A stretch of DNA of 64,000 bases from Octopus vulgaris (GCA_951406725.2 OX597819.1:129642001-129706000), one strand, 5' to 3'. Positions 50,531-63,903 are shown, numbered from the stretch's first letter. Translations and numbers: made by a program. The notes: a model not told the origin generated them from the sequence alone.

Positions 50531-50914
50531 GGGCCAACCAGGAGCCCATAGATGTTCAGATTAGACGAAGGAAATGGAGATGGATCGGACACACACTGCG
50601 GAAAGAACCCTCGAATGTGACACGACAAGCACTTGACTGGAACCCGCAGGGGGAAAGGGAGCGAGGACGCCCGAAGCAGACATAGAAGGGGAGCATTTTG
50701 GACGAGCTCAGGACCACCGGCCTGACATGGGAAACAGCCAAGAAACACGCCAATGACCGCCAAAAGTGGAAAACAACTGTTGAGACCCTATGCTCCACAA
50801 GGGGCAAAAAAGATTAAGAAGAATTTGATTATTTGAGGGAAATTTTGGCTGTTAGTTCTAGTAGGATAATCGACGGCACAGAGACTCGATAATTGGCTGT
50901 CGTGGCATTGTATA
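50531..50914 (+). repeat. Inverted duplicate of the RTE 3' end plus flank (copy of 51633-52021)
   Basis: Reverse-complement match including about 90 bp beyond the (AAG)n tail. Confidence 0.9.
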
Positions 50915-51222
50915 TGTATTTTCCAATTAAGTTGTTGCTGTTTTACCTCAGTTCGGCAAAGCGACCGATGAAATAAGTACCTGGTTTAGAAAAAATAAGT
51001 AAGTCCTGGAATCGATTCATTCGACTAAAAATTCAAAGCGGTGCCCCTGAAACAAGTAAGAGATAAAAAGAGATATACAGTTCGAGATATATAAAACGAG
51101 TTGATCATAGCTGGAACATGTTTGAATGTAGGTTTGCTTTAGGAAAGCTGTTCTTGCCGTTAAGGAAGAGGACACGGCTGGACTGAGGTAGAACAGCAAC
51201 AACTTAATTGAAAAATAATTCA

Positions 51223-51632
51223 GGGCGCAGGAGTGGCTGTGTGGTAAGTAGCTTGCTAACCGACCACATGGTTCAGGGTTCAGTTCCACTGCGTGGCACC
51301 TTCGGCAAGTGTCTTCTACTATAGCCCCGGGCCGACCAATGCCTTGTGAGTGGATTTGGTAGAAGGAAACTGAAAGAAGCCTGTCGTATATATGTATATA
51401 TATGTGTGTGTATGTGTGTTTGTTTGTGTGTCTGTGTTTGTCCCTCTAGCATTGCTTGACAACCGATGATGGTGTGTTTATGTCCCCGCCACTTAGCGGT
51501 TCGGCAAAAGAGACCGATAGAATAAGTACTGGGCTTACAAAGAATAAGTCCTTGGGTCTAGTTGCTCGACTAAAGGCGGTGCTCCAGCATTGCCGCAGTC
51601 AAATGACTGAAACAAGTAAAAGAGTAAAAGAG
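51223..51632 (+). mobile_element. SINE family A, full length
   Basis: Head, internal TA/TG run, tail aaaagagtaaaagag. Confidence 0.9.
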
Positions 51633-51723
51633 TATACAATGCCACGACAGCCAATTATCGAGTCTCTGTGCCGTCGATTATCCTACTAGAACTAACAGCC
51701 AAAATTTCCCTCAAATAATCAAA

Positions 51724-53088
51724 TTCTTCTTCTTCTTAATCCTTTTTCCCCTTGTGGAGCATAGGGTCTCAACAGTTGTTTTCCACTTTTTGCGGTCATT
51801 GGCGTGTTTCTTGGCTGTTTCCCATGTCAGGCCGGTGGTCCTGAGCTCGTCCAAAATGCTCCCCTTCTATGTCTGCTTCGGGCGTCCTCGCTCCCTTTTC
51901 CCCTGCGGGTTCCAGTCAAGTGCTTGTCGTGTCATATTTGAGGGTTCTTTCCGCAGTGTGTGTCCGATCCATCTCCATTTCCTTCGTCTAATCTGAACAT
52001 GTATGGGCTCCTGGTTGGCCCTTTCCCACAGGTCGGTGTTTGGCACTTCTGTCGAACCACTTCAGATGGGGGATCTGCTGGAGACATTTATTGATGAAGG
52101 TCTGGATCTTCTTGTAGTTGCTGCAGGTGACTCTCCATGTTTCAGAGTCATACAAAAGCACAGGTTTTACGTTTGAACTAAATAAGCGAAGTTTAGTTTG
52201 AGTTGAGATGGCAGTGGACTTCCATACCGGCCGAAGAATAGCGAAGGCTTGCCAAGCCTTCTTGCTTCTTGCTGTGATGTCCTCGTCTGATTCACCTGAT
52301 TTGCTGATCTTGCTACCAAGATAGACAAACTCACTAACGTCCTCCACAGGTTCCCCCTCGATTGTGATTGGCTCTTCCTGCTTGTTGATACGCAGCACTT
52401 TTGTGTTTTCCCGGCTGATCCTCAAGCCCACTCGCTGTGAAGTTTCTGTCAGGTGGTCTACCTTATCTTGCATGTCTTGCAGGCGATGTGAGAGTAGCGC
52501 GAGATCATCTGCGTAGTCCAAATCTATCAGCTTCTTCATCAGTGTCCACTGAATACCTTTCCCGGAGGTAGCGTAGGCCGTCCTGGCGACCCAGTCCAGC
52601 ACGACGAGGAACAAGAGCGGTGACAACAAACAGCCCTATCTGACTCCTGTGCTGACCCTGAATTCCTCCGACAATCTCCCAGCATGGATGACCTCGCAAG
52701 AAAACTCCTCGTAGAGTAAATCGAATAATGCCCACGTTCTTCTCTGGCACACCATAGTGTCGTAAGATGTCCCAGATTGTCTGCCTGTCTACGCTGTCAA
52801 ATGCTTTTTCGAAGCTGATGAAGCACACACAGTGACGCTTGCCATTCCATTGTCTGCTCCACAATGACTCTGAGTATCACAATCTTTTCCGTGCATGATC
52901 TCTCTTTTCGAAAACCTGTCCACTCCTGTCACCTTTCCGTTCTTTAAGCTCTTCATGGCTTTGCGGATTTCTGGCTTGGTGATTTCTCCAATGTGGATAT
53001 TGAGCGGGATCCATGGGCCCAATTCTGGCGGCTCTTGAGGTGGAGGGCGGTTAAGTGTTTCTTGGAAATGTTCCTTCCATCTCGCCGA
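51724..53088 (-). mobile_element. RTE-clade LINE, 5'-truncated and frameshifted reverse transcriptase
   Basis: RT motifs FEKAFDSVDR, GCLLSPLLF, LDYADDLALL, FVYLGSKI; RTE-type C-terminus [14 protein letters not shown]...WNPQG...GRPK; (AAG)n tail. Confidence 0.9.
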
Positions 53089-53738
53089 GGAATCGATCCA
53101 TTTGACTAAAAATTCAAGGTGGTGCTCCTGAAAAGCTAAAGGACAAGGACGGTTGCTAACTTCCATTGAGGAAATAATCAAATTACTGTCTTACAAACAG
53201 AAGTACACACTGGGAAAGAAAAAAAAATCAATGGTCACAGTTGGAATGAATTCAATGATAGGTTTAAGAGTTCAGCTAAGAGTTGAGTAAACAATAGTAG
53301 ATCAATAAAACACACACACACACACACACACACGTATTGTACAGAGACAGCTAAGGTGCTTCTTCGGAGTTGGATGACATACTAAAAAGACAGCCAAATC
53401 TTCATAAAGCATTTTTCATATTGCCGTGCTTAGGAAAAAAGAACACGTTAGACAATGTAGATAATTTAGTCGTTTATTGGCGTCTTTCGCTGGACAGTGG
53501 GACACAGTCTTTAAGGATCTTGGCGAATATTGGTTGATCATATCAGCCCAAGAATTCATTCCAGTCTAGTCCTTATTTTATCAATTTTCTATTTGTCAAA
53601 CAGCAAGATTATCGGATATAAAGGGAGATGTTACAAACACAAAATTCCCCAATTCCTCTCCTCATATTTCTTCGCATTAAATCACTGAATACATAAACAT
53701 TCATATACATATGCACACATATACAGATCTGTGTGTGT

Positions 53739-53796
<58 letters not shown>

Positions 53797-53805
53797 CGAT
53801 ATATA

Positions 53806-54036
53806 AGGCGGCGAACTGGCAGAAACGTTAGCACGTCGGGCGAAATGCGTAGCCGTATTTCGTCTGCCGTTACGTTCTGGGTTCAAATTCCGCCGAGGTC
53901 GATTTTACCTTTCATCCTTTCGGGGTCGATAAATTAAGTACCAGTTACGCACTGGGGTCGATGTAATTGACTTAATCCGTTTGTCTGTCCTTGTCTGCCT
54001 CCTCTATGTTTAGCCCCTTGTGGGTAATAAAGAAAC
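53806..54036 (+). mobile_element. SINE family B monomer
   Basis: Head plus one unit; flanked by a gatatataagg duplication. Confidence 0.9.
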
Positions 54037-54193
54037 AGATATATAAGGGTACAATACAGGGATTCAAGCGTAGGTCTTTGTAAGCTTCAAGAAGTCCGTG
54101 GAAAGAATAGAAAGCAAAAAGTGGAGAGTGTACGGTAACATAGAACAACAATTTATTGGCATCGGAAGTTAGATACCGTTCCACTCTCTCAAC

Positions 54194-54337
54194 ATGTATG
54201 TATGTATGTATGTATGTATGTATGTATGTATGTATGTATGTATGTATGTATGTATGTATGTATGTATGTATGTATGTATGTATGTGTGTGTGTATGTATG
54301 TATGTATGTATGTATGTATGTATGTATGTATGTATGT
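54194..54337. repeat. (ATGT)n microsatellite
   Basis: Directly visible. Confidence 0.95.
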
Positions 54338-56847
54338 ACATATACATGTACATATACATGTACATATACATATAATTTAAGTTTCCAACGCATTGTGAGA
54401 AACCGTGTGGATAAAATTTGGTAAGAACACTGGAAAAATTGCAGAAACGTCTAGATGTCACAGAGGTTTATCGTCCGGTAAAATATATGCATATTTTAAT
54501 ATGCGTACATTGGATCTTCGTTCTCTGATTTCCTTTAATCCATTTAAATATAGCACAACTAAATTTCAATTAGACGTAGAGCACTCCTAATGAATAAATA
54601 CCAGGATTACACAAATTATGTTCTGTCGTGTGATGTATATGTGTCTCTAGTTTGCACCCTTCATACACACGCACACACGTTTAAAAATATATACACACAC
54701 ACAAAATTCGGTGTATGCAGTATCTATGCGTCATACTTAACACTGTAGTGCGGTCCGATATATATATATATATGGTTGCTGGGTATATGGTTAATATTAG
54801 ATTATTATTATTATTATCGTTATTATTATTAAACTGTCACTATTACTATTTTTGAACAGCGTGTGTAGTTTGGGTTGTTGCTACCTTACATGTTCTCTCA
54901 GTTACGAGATCTTGTTCCTTGTATGTAGACTGATTCAGTGACTTGCCGGAGCGTTGAATCATGCAGATTTGTGGACAGAAATTTTACTTCGACATTGCTT
55001 GTCAGTCTAAGACGTTTATTCTTGGTATATTAATGAAACGTTGTCACTGGTTTCTTTTCACTTTACCTAAAATAATATCCTTTAATTCTTTCACCTATAT
55101 TACAGGGCTTTTCTCCTATATTAGTTGTAGTGATGACTGTAGATTACCTCTCCAAGCATCTCCTGCATTATACAACGTTCTTAATTTATTCAGTTCATCT
55201 AACGGTTGGTTTTGAAAACTGTGCAGTTACTATGAGTACAGTGTTTTCTCAAACGAGCATGACCTAGTAATAAGTAATTTATAGTATCTTTTCGATTACT
55301 TTAATTCATTGTGGATTACTTTCCAAGCATGAGAGTTAATTCGCTCTTAGATCTAACACCATCGAATATTACGTCTTGGAATCTGGCCATACCATGAGCT
55401 TTGTTTTTTCCTTCCTATGCTATTCTAATCTGCACCTGTTGCATTAGTATTGGTTCCGATGTTAAGTTTGAACAATCTCTTGTTTTCTCTCTAAATTCTA
55501 ATTCAGTCTTGTTGGCTATATCAGGGAAATTGTAATCTGCCGTGACCAGAGCTGACAGCTGCAGGATAAGAAATGAGTACTCAAAACTGAATTAGAATGT
55601 ATAATTTATATTTACCCAGACCCAAGTTAGTCCAGTTCCTTGGATTTCGCTAGAGCCATATAGACCAGATCTCATATATTTAGCTTGTTGTCCTGGTTAC
55701 ATTAGAGATGGCACAAATCGCGTGATGTTCTGTTGCTTGTCTTGTAATGACGTGATTTTAGTTTTAAATGAAAAGAGGTATTTTTCACTGGACTGGATTC
55801 ACAGAAGATAAGCCAGTATCATTGTTACCTTTTTCATTCTTCTCTTTCTCCACATGCATACATTCTCGAAAACATTTACACGCCTGCGGGGTAGTATCAA
55901 AAAGTTCCTGCACTAGTTATCTGTATATATATCAGGCAAGATGTGTATGTGTGTGTGTGTACGTGATTGTCGTTTATGCACATCCACAAATTAGCACGCA
56001 TGTCGCTCAAATTTTAGGAGGACATTCGTCAACATCCTATCTGGGTTTTGTCAACTTATTTTTTTTCTCGAAGCACCCGCGGATAGCGGTAAAAATCTAT
56101 TTTCAGCCATAGCTTTTTGATGGCGTCTAACAAAAAAAAAACAAGATAAAGAAAAGTGGGAGAGTTTCACGGCGTCTAAACAACAAAAAAAGGGAAAGAC
56201 AAAGTGAGAGAGGGAGGGAAGAGAAAGAGAGAGAGAGTAAGTGACGACGTTCATAAAAAATAAAATGTAAAATGTTTTGTTTTTTCTTAAACTCGAGATA
56301 TGGTGTTCAAATTCAGGATGTTAATAATCATAGTATATATATTTTCTCACACAACAATTACAATATATTTATTTTAAATCATTTATTTATTTTAAATCGT
56401 TCATCTTTCTCCCCCTCTCTTTCTCATTACTCTGGGTGCGAAAGAGTTTTGTTTTTATTTTAAGCCGAGTAAAAAAGTGTTTTGTTGAGAATCCATTTAT
56501 TTAACAACAAAGAAACAAAGAGGTGGGTAACAATTTGTCAGTGAATTATACAATATAAATGGGTATAATTTCCGAGGATTCCACACACCCACTCCGTTTC
56601 ACGGACCACAAAAAGAGTTTTGAAGCATATTAGGAGGCCAGAGTAGTTGATTCCACGCAAAAAAAGCGATTTTTTTTCTAAGTGAAAATCGTGCGAGAGT
56701 TAATCTGTAAATTTAACATTTTTCCCATTCATTTCTGTTTATGAACATGTATACGTGCACAAAACATGCAATAGGTGTACGTACGTACGTGTGCATGTGT
56801 GTTCGTGTCTGTTGTCCATATATATTTATATTATATTATATATATAC

Positions 56848-57262
56848 TCTTTTCTCTTTTACTTTTTTACTTGTTTCAGTCATTTGACTGCGGCCATGCT
56901 GGAGCACCGCCTTTAGTCGAGCAAACTCGACCCCGGGACTTATTCTTTTTGTAAGCCCAGTACTTATTCTATCAGTCTCTTTTTGCCGAACCGCTAAGTG
57001 ACGGGGTCGTAAACACACCAGCATCGGTTGTCAAGCAATGCTAGGGGAACAAACACTGACACACAAACACACACACACACATATATATATATACATATAT
57101 ACGACAGGCTTCTTTCAGTTTCCGTCTACCAAATCCACTCACAAGGCATTGGTCGGCCCGGGGCTATAGCAGAAGACACTTGCCAAGATGCCACGCAGTG
57201 GACTGAACCCGGAACCATGTGGTTGGTTAGCAAGCTACTTACCACACAGCCACTCCTGCGCC
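56848..57262 (-). mobile_element. SINE family A, full length
   Basis: Reverse complement of the family A consensus. Confidence 0.9.
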
Positions 57263-57349
57263 TATATATATATAATATATATTTATATTATATTATATTT
57301 ATAATATATATAATATACATATAATATATATATAATATATATATATAAT

Positions 57350-57475
57350 ATGACCAATTTCAACGGATTTCGCCCAAATTTGACGTCGATATTACTTAGT
57401 TTGGTTTGAAATAAAGAACTTGATTAGCTTAATAATCATAACTTAATCCCGGGAAAAGCCGGGTTATACTGCTAG
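57350..57475 (+). mobile_element. Helitron 3' end fragment
   Basis: Hairpin cccgggaaaagccggg, 8 nt, CTAG at 57472-57475; followed by G rather than the usual T. Confidence 0.5.
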
Positions 57476-57501
57476 GGTTTAATAAAAATGAACTTACTTA
57501 C

Positions 57502-57925
57502 CTAAGTTTTACCATCATCTCCTTCGAAATAGTCACCTTGCGCAGCTATACACCGGTCCCAGCGTTCCTGCCGCTTTTGGAATCCAGCCTGGAAATCGTT
57601 TTCTGTAAGCGAGTCGAGAATCCTCTGCGGTTCGCTCTGGATCTCGACAACGGTGTTAAAACGGCGACCTTTGCACAGCATTTTCATCTTGGGGAGGAGC
57701 TAAACTTGGCGAATAGGGTGGTGCGAAAGTGATATATATTTTTAGCGAGGAACTCACGAGTGAGGAGAACTTGGTGACAGGGTGCATTGTCGTCGTGAAG
57801 AATCCAGTTCTTCGTGCTCCACAGATCCGGTCGGTTTCTCTAAATATCCTCCCTTAAACACATCAAAACGTCGCAGTAGAAATCTCGATGCACAATACAC
57901 GGATGTCGAAATACACGATGAGCAT
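57502..57925 (-). pseudogene. Mariner transposase C-terminal fragment
   Basis: WILHDDNAPCH, PPYSPSLAP (YSPDLAP-like) and KGRRFNTVVEI...ERWDRCIAAQGDYFEG across frameshifts. Confidence 0.85.
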
Positions 57926-57926
57926 G

Positions 57927-58145
57927 TGTATGTATGTATGTATGTATGTATGTATGTATGTATGTATGTATGTATGTATGTATGTATGTATGTATGTATG
58001 TATGTATGTATGCATGTATGTATGTATGTATGTATGCATGCATGCATGTATGTATGTATGTATGTATGTATGTATGTATGTATGTATGCATGTATGTATG
58101 TATGTATGTATGTATGTATGTATGTATGTATGTATGTATGCATGC

Positions 58146-58178
<33 letters not shown>

Positions 58179-58260
58179 TGTATGTATGTATGTATGTATG
58201 TATGTATGCATGCATGCATGCATGTATGTATGTATGTATGTATGTATGTATGTATGTATG
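57927..58260. repeat. (ATGT)n microsatellite
   Basis: Directly visible. Confidence 0.95.
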
Positions 58261-58416
58261 TATATATATATACATATATATATAAACATTTAAAACAGTT
58301 TGATTCCGCTTCATGCGACTTAATTTTTCGCGCGCTTCTAACGAAAACCTATCTCGTTCACTCGCGTGTGTGTGTATATATATATGTATATATATATACA
58401 CACATCTATATGTATA

Positions 58417-58480
<64 letters not shown>

Positions 58481-58686
58481 GATAGATATACATGTAATGT
58501 AAATTTATATTTAAAATAATAAGGGTGAAAAATTCAATATTAATTTGATCAATATGAATTTAAAACCAGTGGTGTAGCATATAAGACCATAGCGGATCTT
58601 TTTGTAGCATAATGGATGTCCACCTTTAATAGTTTCACTATTAAAGTGAAAGTATTAAAGTGAAAGCATCTGACATTCCAATAGAG

Positions 58687-58902
58687 CAGGGGTGGGCGAA
58701 CGTTTTTGATCGCGGGCCGCACAGTGCGTCTTTGGAACCTTGGCGGGCCTCATTTATAAAAATCAAGTGAAAATATTGTGAATTACCGTACAGTTACGAA
58801 GTATCTGCATAGAAGTTGGGATTCATAAAAGCTCTCGGCGGGCCGCATGAAAATCTATGGCGGGCCGCATGCGGCCCGCGGGCCGTAGTTTGCCCACCCC
58901 TG
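58687..58902. mobile_element. hAT (Charlie-type) MITE, 216 bp
   Basis: TIRs caggggtgggcgaac / gtttgcccacccctg; exact 8-bp TSD caatagag (58679-58686, 58903-58910) with central TA. Confidence 0.92.
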
Positions 58903-59138
58903 CAATAGAGAGATGTTTTTATTTCACTTTTAACACGTAATACTGAAATAGTGGAGAAGATTTGATATTGCTGTGGGCTCGCACTAGGCAAAAAGTTAAT
59001 TTATCCATGATACTACATGGACCCTAAGTAAGGCATGTGTAAAATTTGAATGAAATTGGTTGTGTAGTTCTCAAGTTTTAGGGATTCACACAGAGAGACA
59101 GACAGACAGACACACATTCTCAGTTTTATATATATAAA

Positions 59139-59652
59139 CTAGCAGAGATACCCGGCGTTGCCCGGTTACATTCAATTGAAGAATTAGACCTTTCTGTTAT
59201 ATTTTCTGTAATGAACTGGAATATCTTATTCGAATTTCATCAAAATTGCAGATGAGGGTTATTTCCCTCTTTACACACCCTAAAAAATTTGTAATCGTGC
59301 CACATGTATCCCATACTACTGATTTTTATGCGCATATTCCAAAATTCCAGTGTTATTGAACCTGTTAAAAAGATTTTGCTCCTAAAAAATGAAGGTCATG
59401 GAGCTCTAAAATGTGAGAGTTAAGGCCCCTGTTGGGGGTGGGCATCTTAATGTCAACCAGAGAAGTTGGATTGTTGAATATCTTTTTAACTTGGGTGTTA
59501 TTTCTATTGTTTGAATTTCTTTGAAATAGGAAATATATGTTCACTGGGTTTGTAAATGAGAGCAAAGCTACAGGAAACTAAAAGACGAATGATCACAATA
59601 AGCAGTCAGTTACCCTAGTCGTTACTTGAAGTAACGGTTCAAGAACTATGTC

Positions 59653-59705
<53 letters not shown>

Positions 59706-60546
59706 CATATATGTATACACATGTGTGTGTGTGTATACATATATGTATATATGTATATAAATATGTATACACACACACACATACAAACACACACACACAC
59801 ATACACACACACACAAAGATAAATTGATAGATACAACTGAGTGGGCAAGCAAAAATATGAGACACTTCGTAGTGCTGTTTTATATTTTGATAAGCCTGGT
59901 ACTTATTCTATCAGTTTCTTCTTGTGAAACCAGTAAGTTATGGGGATGTAAATAAACGAACACCAGTTGTGAAGCAGTGATGAGGGAGAAACACAAAGAC
60001 ACACACATAGACTTACATATATACATACATATACATACAATTGATTTCTTTCAGTTTCTGTCAACAAAATCCACTGACAAGGCTTTGGTTGGTCTCAGGC
60101 TATAGCAGAAGACACGTGCCAAGTTACCACACAGTGGGACTGAACTAAGGACCATGTGTTTTGGAACCAAGTTTGTTACCACACAGCCACACCTGCACCT
60201 GTGTGTATGTGTCTGTGTCGGTGGATCGGTGTGTGTGTGTTTGTGTGTATGGGTGTATATATGTATGCATGTATATATATGTATATATATGTGTACATGT
60301 TACATGTACATCTATATATACATCTAGACATACATGTTTGTATATATATGTATACATATACATCTATATATATACATGTATATATGCGTAGGAGTGGCTG
60401 TGTGGTAAGTAGCTTGCTTACTAACCACATGGTTCTGAGTTCAGTCCCACTGCGTGGCACCTTGGGCAAGTGTCTTCTTCTATAGCCTCGGACTGACCAA
60501 AGCCTTGTGAGTAGATTTGGTAGGCAGAAACTGAAAGAAGCCTGTC

Positions 60547-60588
<42 letters not shown>

Positions 60589-61061
60589 ATGTTTGTGTGC
60601 CTGTGTTTGTCCCCCCAACATCGCTTGACAATTAATGGTGGTGTGTTTATGTCCCCGTAAGTTAGTGGTTCGGCAAAAGAGACCGATAGAATAAGTACTG
60701 GGCTTACAAAGAATAAGTCCTGGGGTTGATTTGCTTGACTAAAGGTAGTGCTCCAGCATAGCCACAGTCAAATGACTGAAACAAGTAAAAGAGAATATAT
60801 ATATATATATATATATGTACAATAGAGAGATGCTTTTGTGTCACTTTTAACACGTAATACTGAAATAGTGGAGAATGTGATATTGCTGTGGGCTCGCCCT
60901 AGGCAAGAAGTTAAACATTTCTTTTGCCCATGACACTACATGGACCCTAAGTAAGGCATGTGTAAAATTTGAATGAAATTGGTTGTGTAGTTCTCAAGTT
61001 TTAGGGAAACACACAGACAGACAGACAGACACACATTCTCAGTTTTATATATATATATAGA
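59139..61061 (-). mobile_element. Non-autonomous Helitron with nested SINEs; a second copy abuts it at 58903-59138
   Basis: - strand A|TCtatata start at 61061; hairpin ccgggcaacgccggg and CTAG|T at 59139; 60821-61050 matches 58904-59135. That the two ends belong to one element is inferred. Confidence 0.65.
60387..60794 (+). mobile_element. SINE family A, full length
   Basis: Family A head, body and tail. Confidence 0.9.
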
Positions 61062-62359
61062 TAACATACACACATACACGCACACACATATTTTACTACA
61101 CATATTTTTGTTAATATCAACCAGCAGATATTTGATGTAGCGTGTATATTTTGCTGCATATATATATATGTGTGTGTGTGTGAGTATGTGTGTGTGTGTG
61201 TGTGTGTGTGTCTATATCAGGCTATTTATGTACAGATTGTATGTATATCTGATTATATATACACATAACCATACACTTCCACACACATACACACCCATAT
61301 ATCTGGCTATTTTCTTTTACCAATGCAATGTGTGGGTGTGAGTGTGTGTGTATCCATTCGTTTATTTATTTACGTTTGGGTGTTTGAATGTGTGTATATA
61401 CACACACACACACATACATTTACACACGTGTATATATATATATATGTATATATACATACACACACATATATATATATACACACATATATATTCAAATACT
61501 TACATTCATTAATGCACATAGATAAATAGATGAAATACGCACGCATACATCTCGGTGTGAATATCAGTTTCTGCTTGTTTGATGTAGCGTGTATGTTTGA
61601 TGTGTGTATACGTATGTGTAAGTATATGCTTTCTTCTCTGAGCATGTATGTGTTTATATGCGTGTGTCCGTATATGCGTGTGAATGTGTGACTATATATG
61701 ATTGCATCCGCATGTATATGTGTTTATTAGTGTGTGTGTGCGTGTGTTTTTATATAGTGTCGGTCTTACAGTCGGCTGCCCGTTGAGGGAACGGTAATGT
61801 GCGACATCTGGTGGCCGTTTAGCCACTTATTAAATACATAATCGAGCCGACGTTTCTTTGACACTTTCACTGGGCCCTGCTAAACCAACTGTCGACAAAA
61901 TGGTGTCAAGGTAGTGGTGGATGGTGCAGTGGCGGTGGTGGTGGTATTGCTATACGAGGTGATGAGGGGAAAATAATATTTTGGATGTGGTAGGTGTGTG
62001 TGTGGCGAATTTAGAGAATGTAGGGGTATGTTTTCTTTTCGTAGCTTTTGACGATGTATAGTATCTTGGTGGTGCTCATAGGTCGACAGTTTTCGAACAG
62101 ACCTTAGATCAAAGTCACTCTAATCGGGTCAGTTACTGAGAGTGAAATTTGAGGGAGATTTAGTGGCTATATCTAACAGATCAAGGGACTAAACAGACTT
62201 GCAGTGGCAGTGGTTGTTATGTGGAATAAAAAGTTATGTGGAAGTTAGTCACAAAGACGTTTATGAGCAAGTGTCTTCTGGTGCAGTACCGGGCAAATCA
62301 ATGCTTTGTGAATGTAGTAGTCGGAAACTGTGTGGAAGACCGTCGTCGAAGACAGGTAA

Positions 62360-62505
62360 GGGAACAACAAGCAGGTGTATTAGTTTCACGCTCAGGAAGA
62401 ATGGGAAAATGTTTGGCGTTTCAAGCTTTACGCTCTTCGACAGAAACGGTTGAGAAGAAAAAAAAATGGAGAGACGACGAAAAAAAAACGAGAGAAAATT
62501 AGGTA
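62360..62505 (-). mobile_element. TA-adjacent element with a decayed variant hammerhead (62411-62447)
   Basis: - strand gttt-CTGTCGA-a-gagc(gtaaa)gctt-GAAA-cg-CC-aaac; downstream ttcctgagcgtgaaactaatac as in 18630-18800 and 50167-50358. Confidence 0.55.
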
Positions 62506-62507
62506 GG

Positions 62508-62588
<81 letters not shown>

Positions 62589-62593
62589 TATAT

Positions 62594-62818
62594 AAACTAC
62601 GAAATGGGACAAGAACGCAAAACATCCGGACAACCAGGTGATACAGAAAGGGACAACAAAACATCCAGATAGACAATACAAAGAAAACAAGGACGGACTG
62701 AGGATAAAAAGTTTCGAATGACCCGTCCTTGTTTTTTTGTATCGTCTATCTGGATATTTTGTTGTCCCTTTCTGTATCACCTGGTTGTCCGGATGTTTTG
62801 CGTTCTTGTCCCATTTCG

Positions 62819-62858
<40 letters not shown>

Positions 62859-62888
62859 AGCGGCGTACGTACACTTTGTTCTCTTATA
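62594..62888. mobile_element. (TA)n-embedded fold-back element, same family as 16016-16211
   Basis: Arms 62594-62696 / 62723-62824 and tip agcggcgtacgtacactttgttctct. Confidence 0.7.
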
Positions 62889-62918
62889 TACATACATACA
62901 TACATACACACACACACA

Positions 62919-62991
<73 letters not shown>

Positions 62992-62994
<3 letters not shown>

Positions 62995-63255
62995 TTAGAG
63001 AATTGACCACTAAAAGTGAACAGCCTGTATGCTAGATATAGATGTGAAAATCGCCATTTTCCACGAAGAATGTGTTCTCAAGAAAAATTCATCACAATGG
63101 CGATTTTGACGTCTATATCTAGCATACAGGTTGTCCAGTTTTAGTGGTCAATTCTCTAAATTTGTATATAAAAAAAATTTTAATCTTCGGATTTTTAAAA
63201 AATATGATAGGCCACTGGTTGTAATTGATTAATATCAATTTCTACCCTTATTTAA
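62992..63255. mobile_element. Microsatellite-flanked fold-back element
   Basis: Arms about 62992-63058 / 63096-63162; its terminus resembles 58517-58572 in inverse orientation. Confidence 0.55.
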
Positions 63256-63288
63256 TTTTATATATATGTATATATATATTTCCCATAA

Positions 63289-63462
63289 TTCAGGCAAATT
63301 CCTCTCTGTGAACATATAGAAAAATGTGCAGGTAACATCAAACCACATTTTACAGTCTTCCCCTTCTACCAGTGCAAAGACACAATCTCTCCACTAGAAC
63401 GTTTAAATAAAGAAACATTTTTCATTGAAAAATACAGAACACGTCTTAATATGCACGCATAA
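63289..63462 (+). pseudogene. C-terminus of a Penelope-like element ORF (GIY-YIG endonuclease end)
   Basis: FRQIPLCEHIEKCAGNIKPHFTVFPFYQCKDTISPLERLNKETFFIEKYRTRLNMHA-stop fits the GIY-YIG C-terminal H...RxxxExxxI....LN pattern; 5'-truncated at a (TA)n tract; absent from the ORF track. Confidence 0.7.
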
Positions 63463-63748
63463 CCAACTTTTATCTTTTTGCATATTTCAATTCACGATTA
63501 CATCACTGTACATAAATACCCTCACTAAACAATTTTTTCGAAACCTTTTTTGTCTGTACATATGTATTTCCCTCCCATTACCGAAAGCTGAACAGTTATC
63601 TCCCATACCTACAACAATAACAATAAGGATAACCAATTACCTCCCCTTATTTCTCTACTTGTGAAGTCATTCGCTCGTAAATATCATCACACACAAAATG
63701 GACAAAATTTCTTCTTAAGAAAATATATATTCAAATAAATAAAATATA

Positions 63749-63783
63749 ATATCATGAATAGCAATAGCGAAACCGGTCGATAT
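63749..63783 (+). ncRNA. Candidate minimal hammerhead ribozyme with A3-U8 core variant
   Basis: atatc-ATGAATA-gc(aata)gc-GAAA-ccgg-TC-gatat; 5-bp helix I, palindromic helix III, GUC site; lies 3' of the Penelope-like ORF. Confidence 0.6.
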
Positions 63784-63837
63784 ATAAAAAATTATATTAA
63801 AACCATGTAAAGTGTGTGTATTTTCCTTTTTTAATTT

Positions 63838-63903
<66 letters not shown>

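Noticed and set aside
55883-55918. Mariner-like TIR (cggggtagtatcaaaaagttcc)
   Set aside because: No partner TIR or transposase remnant found nearby.
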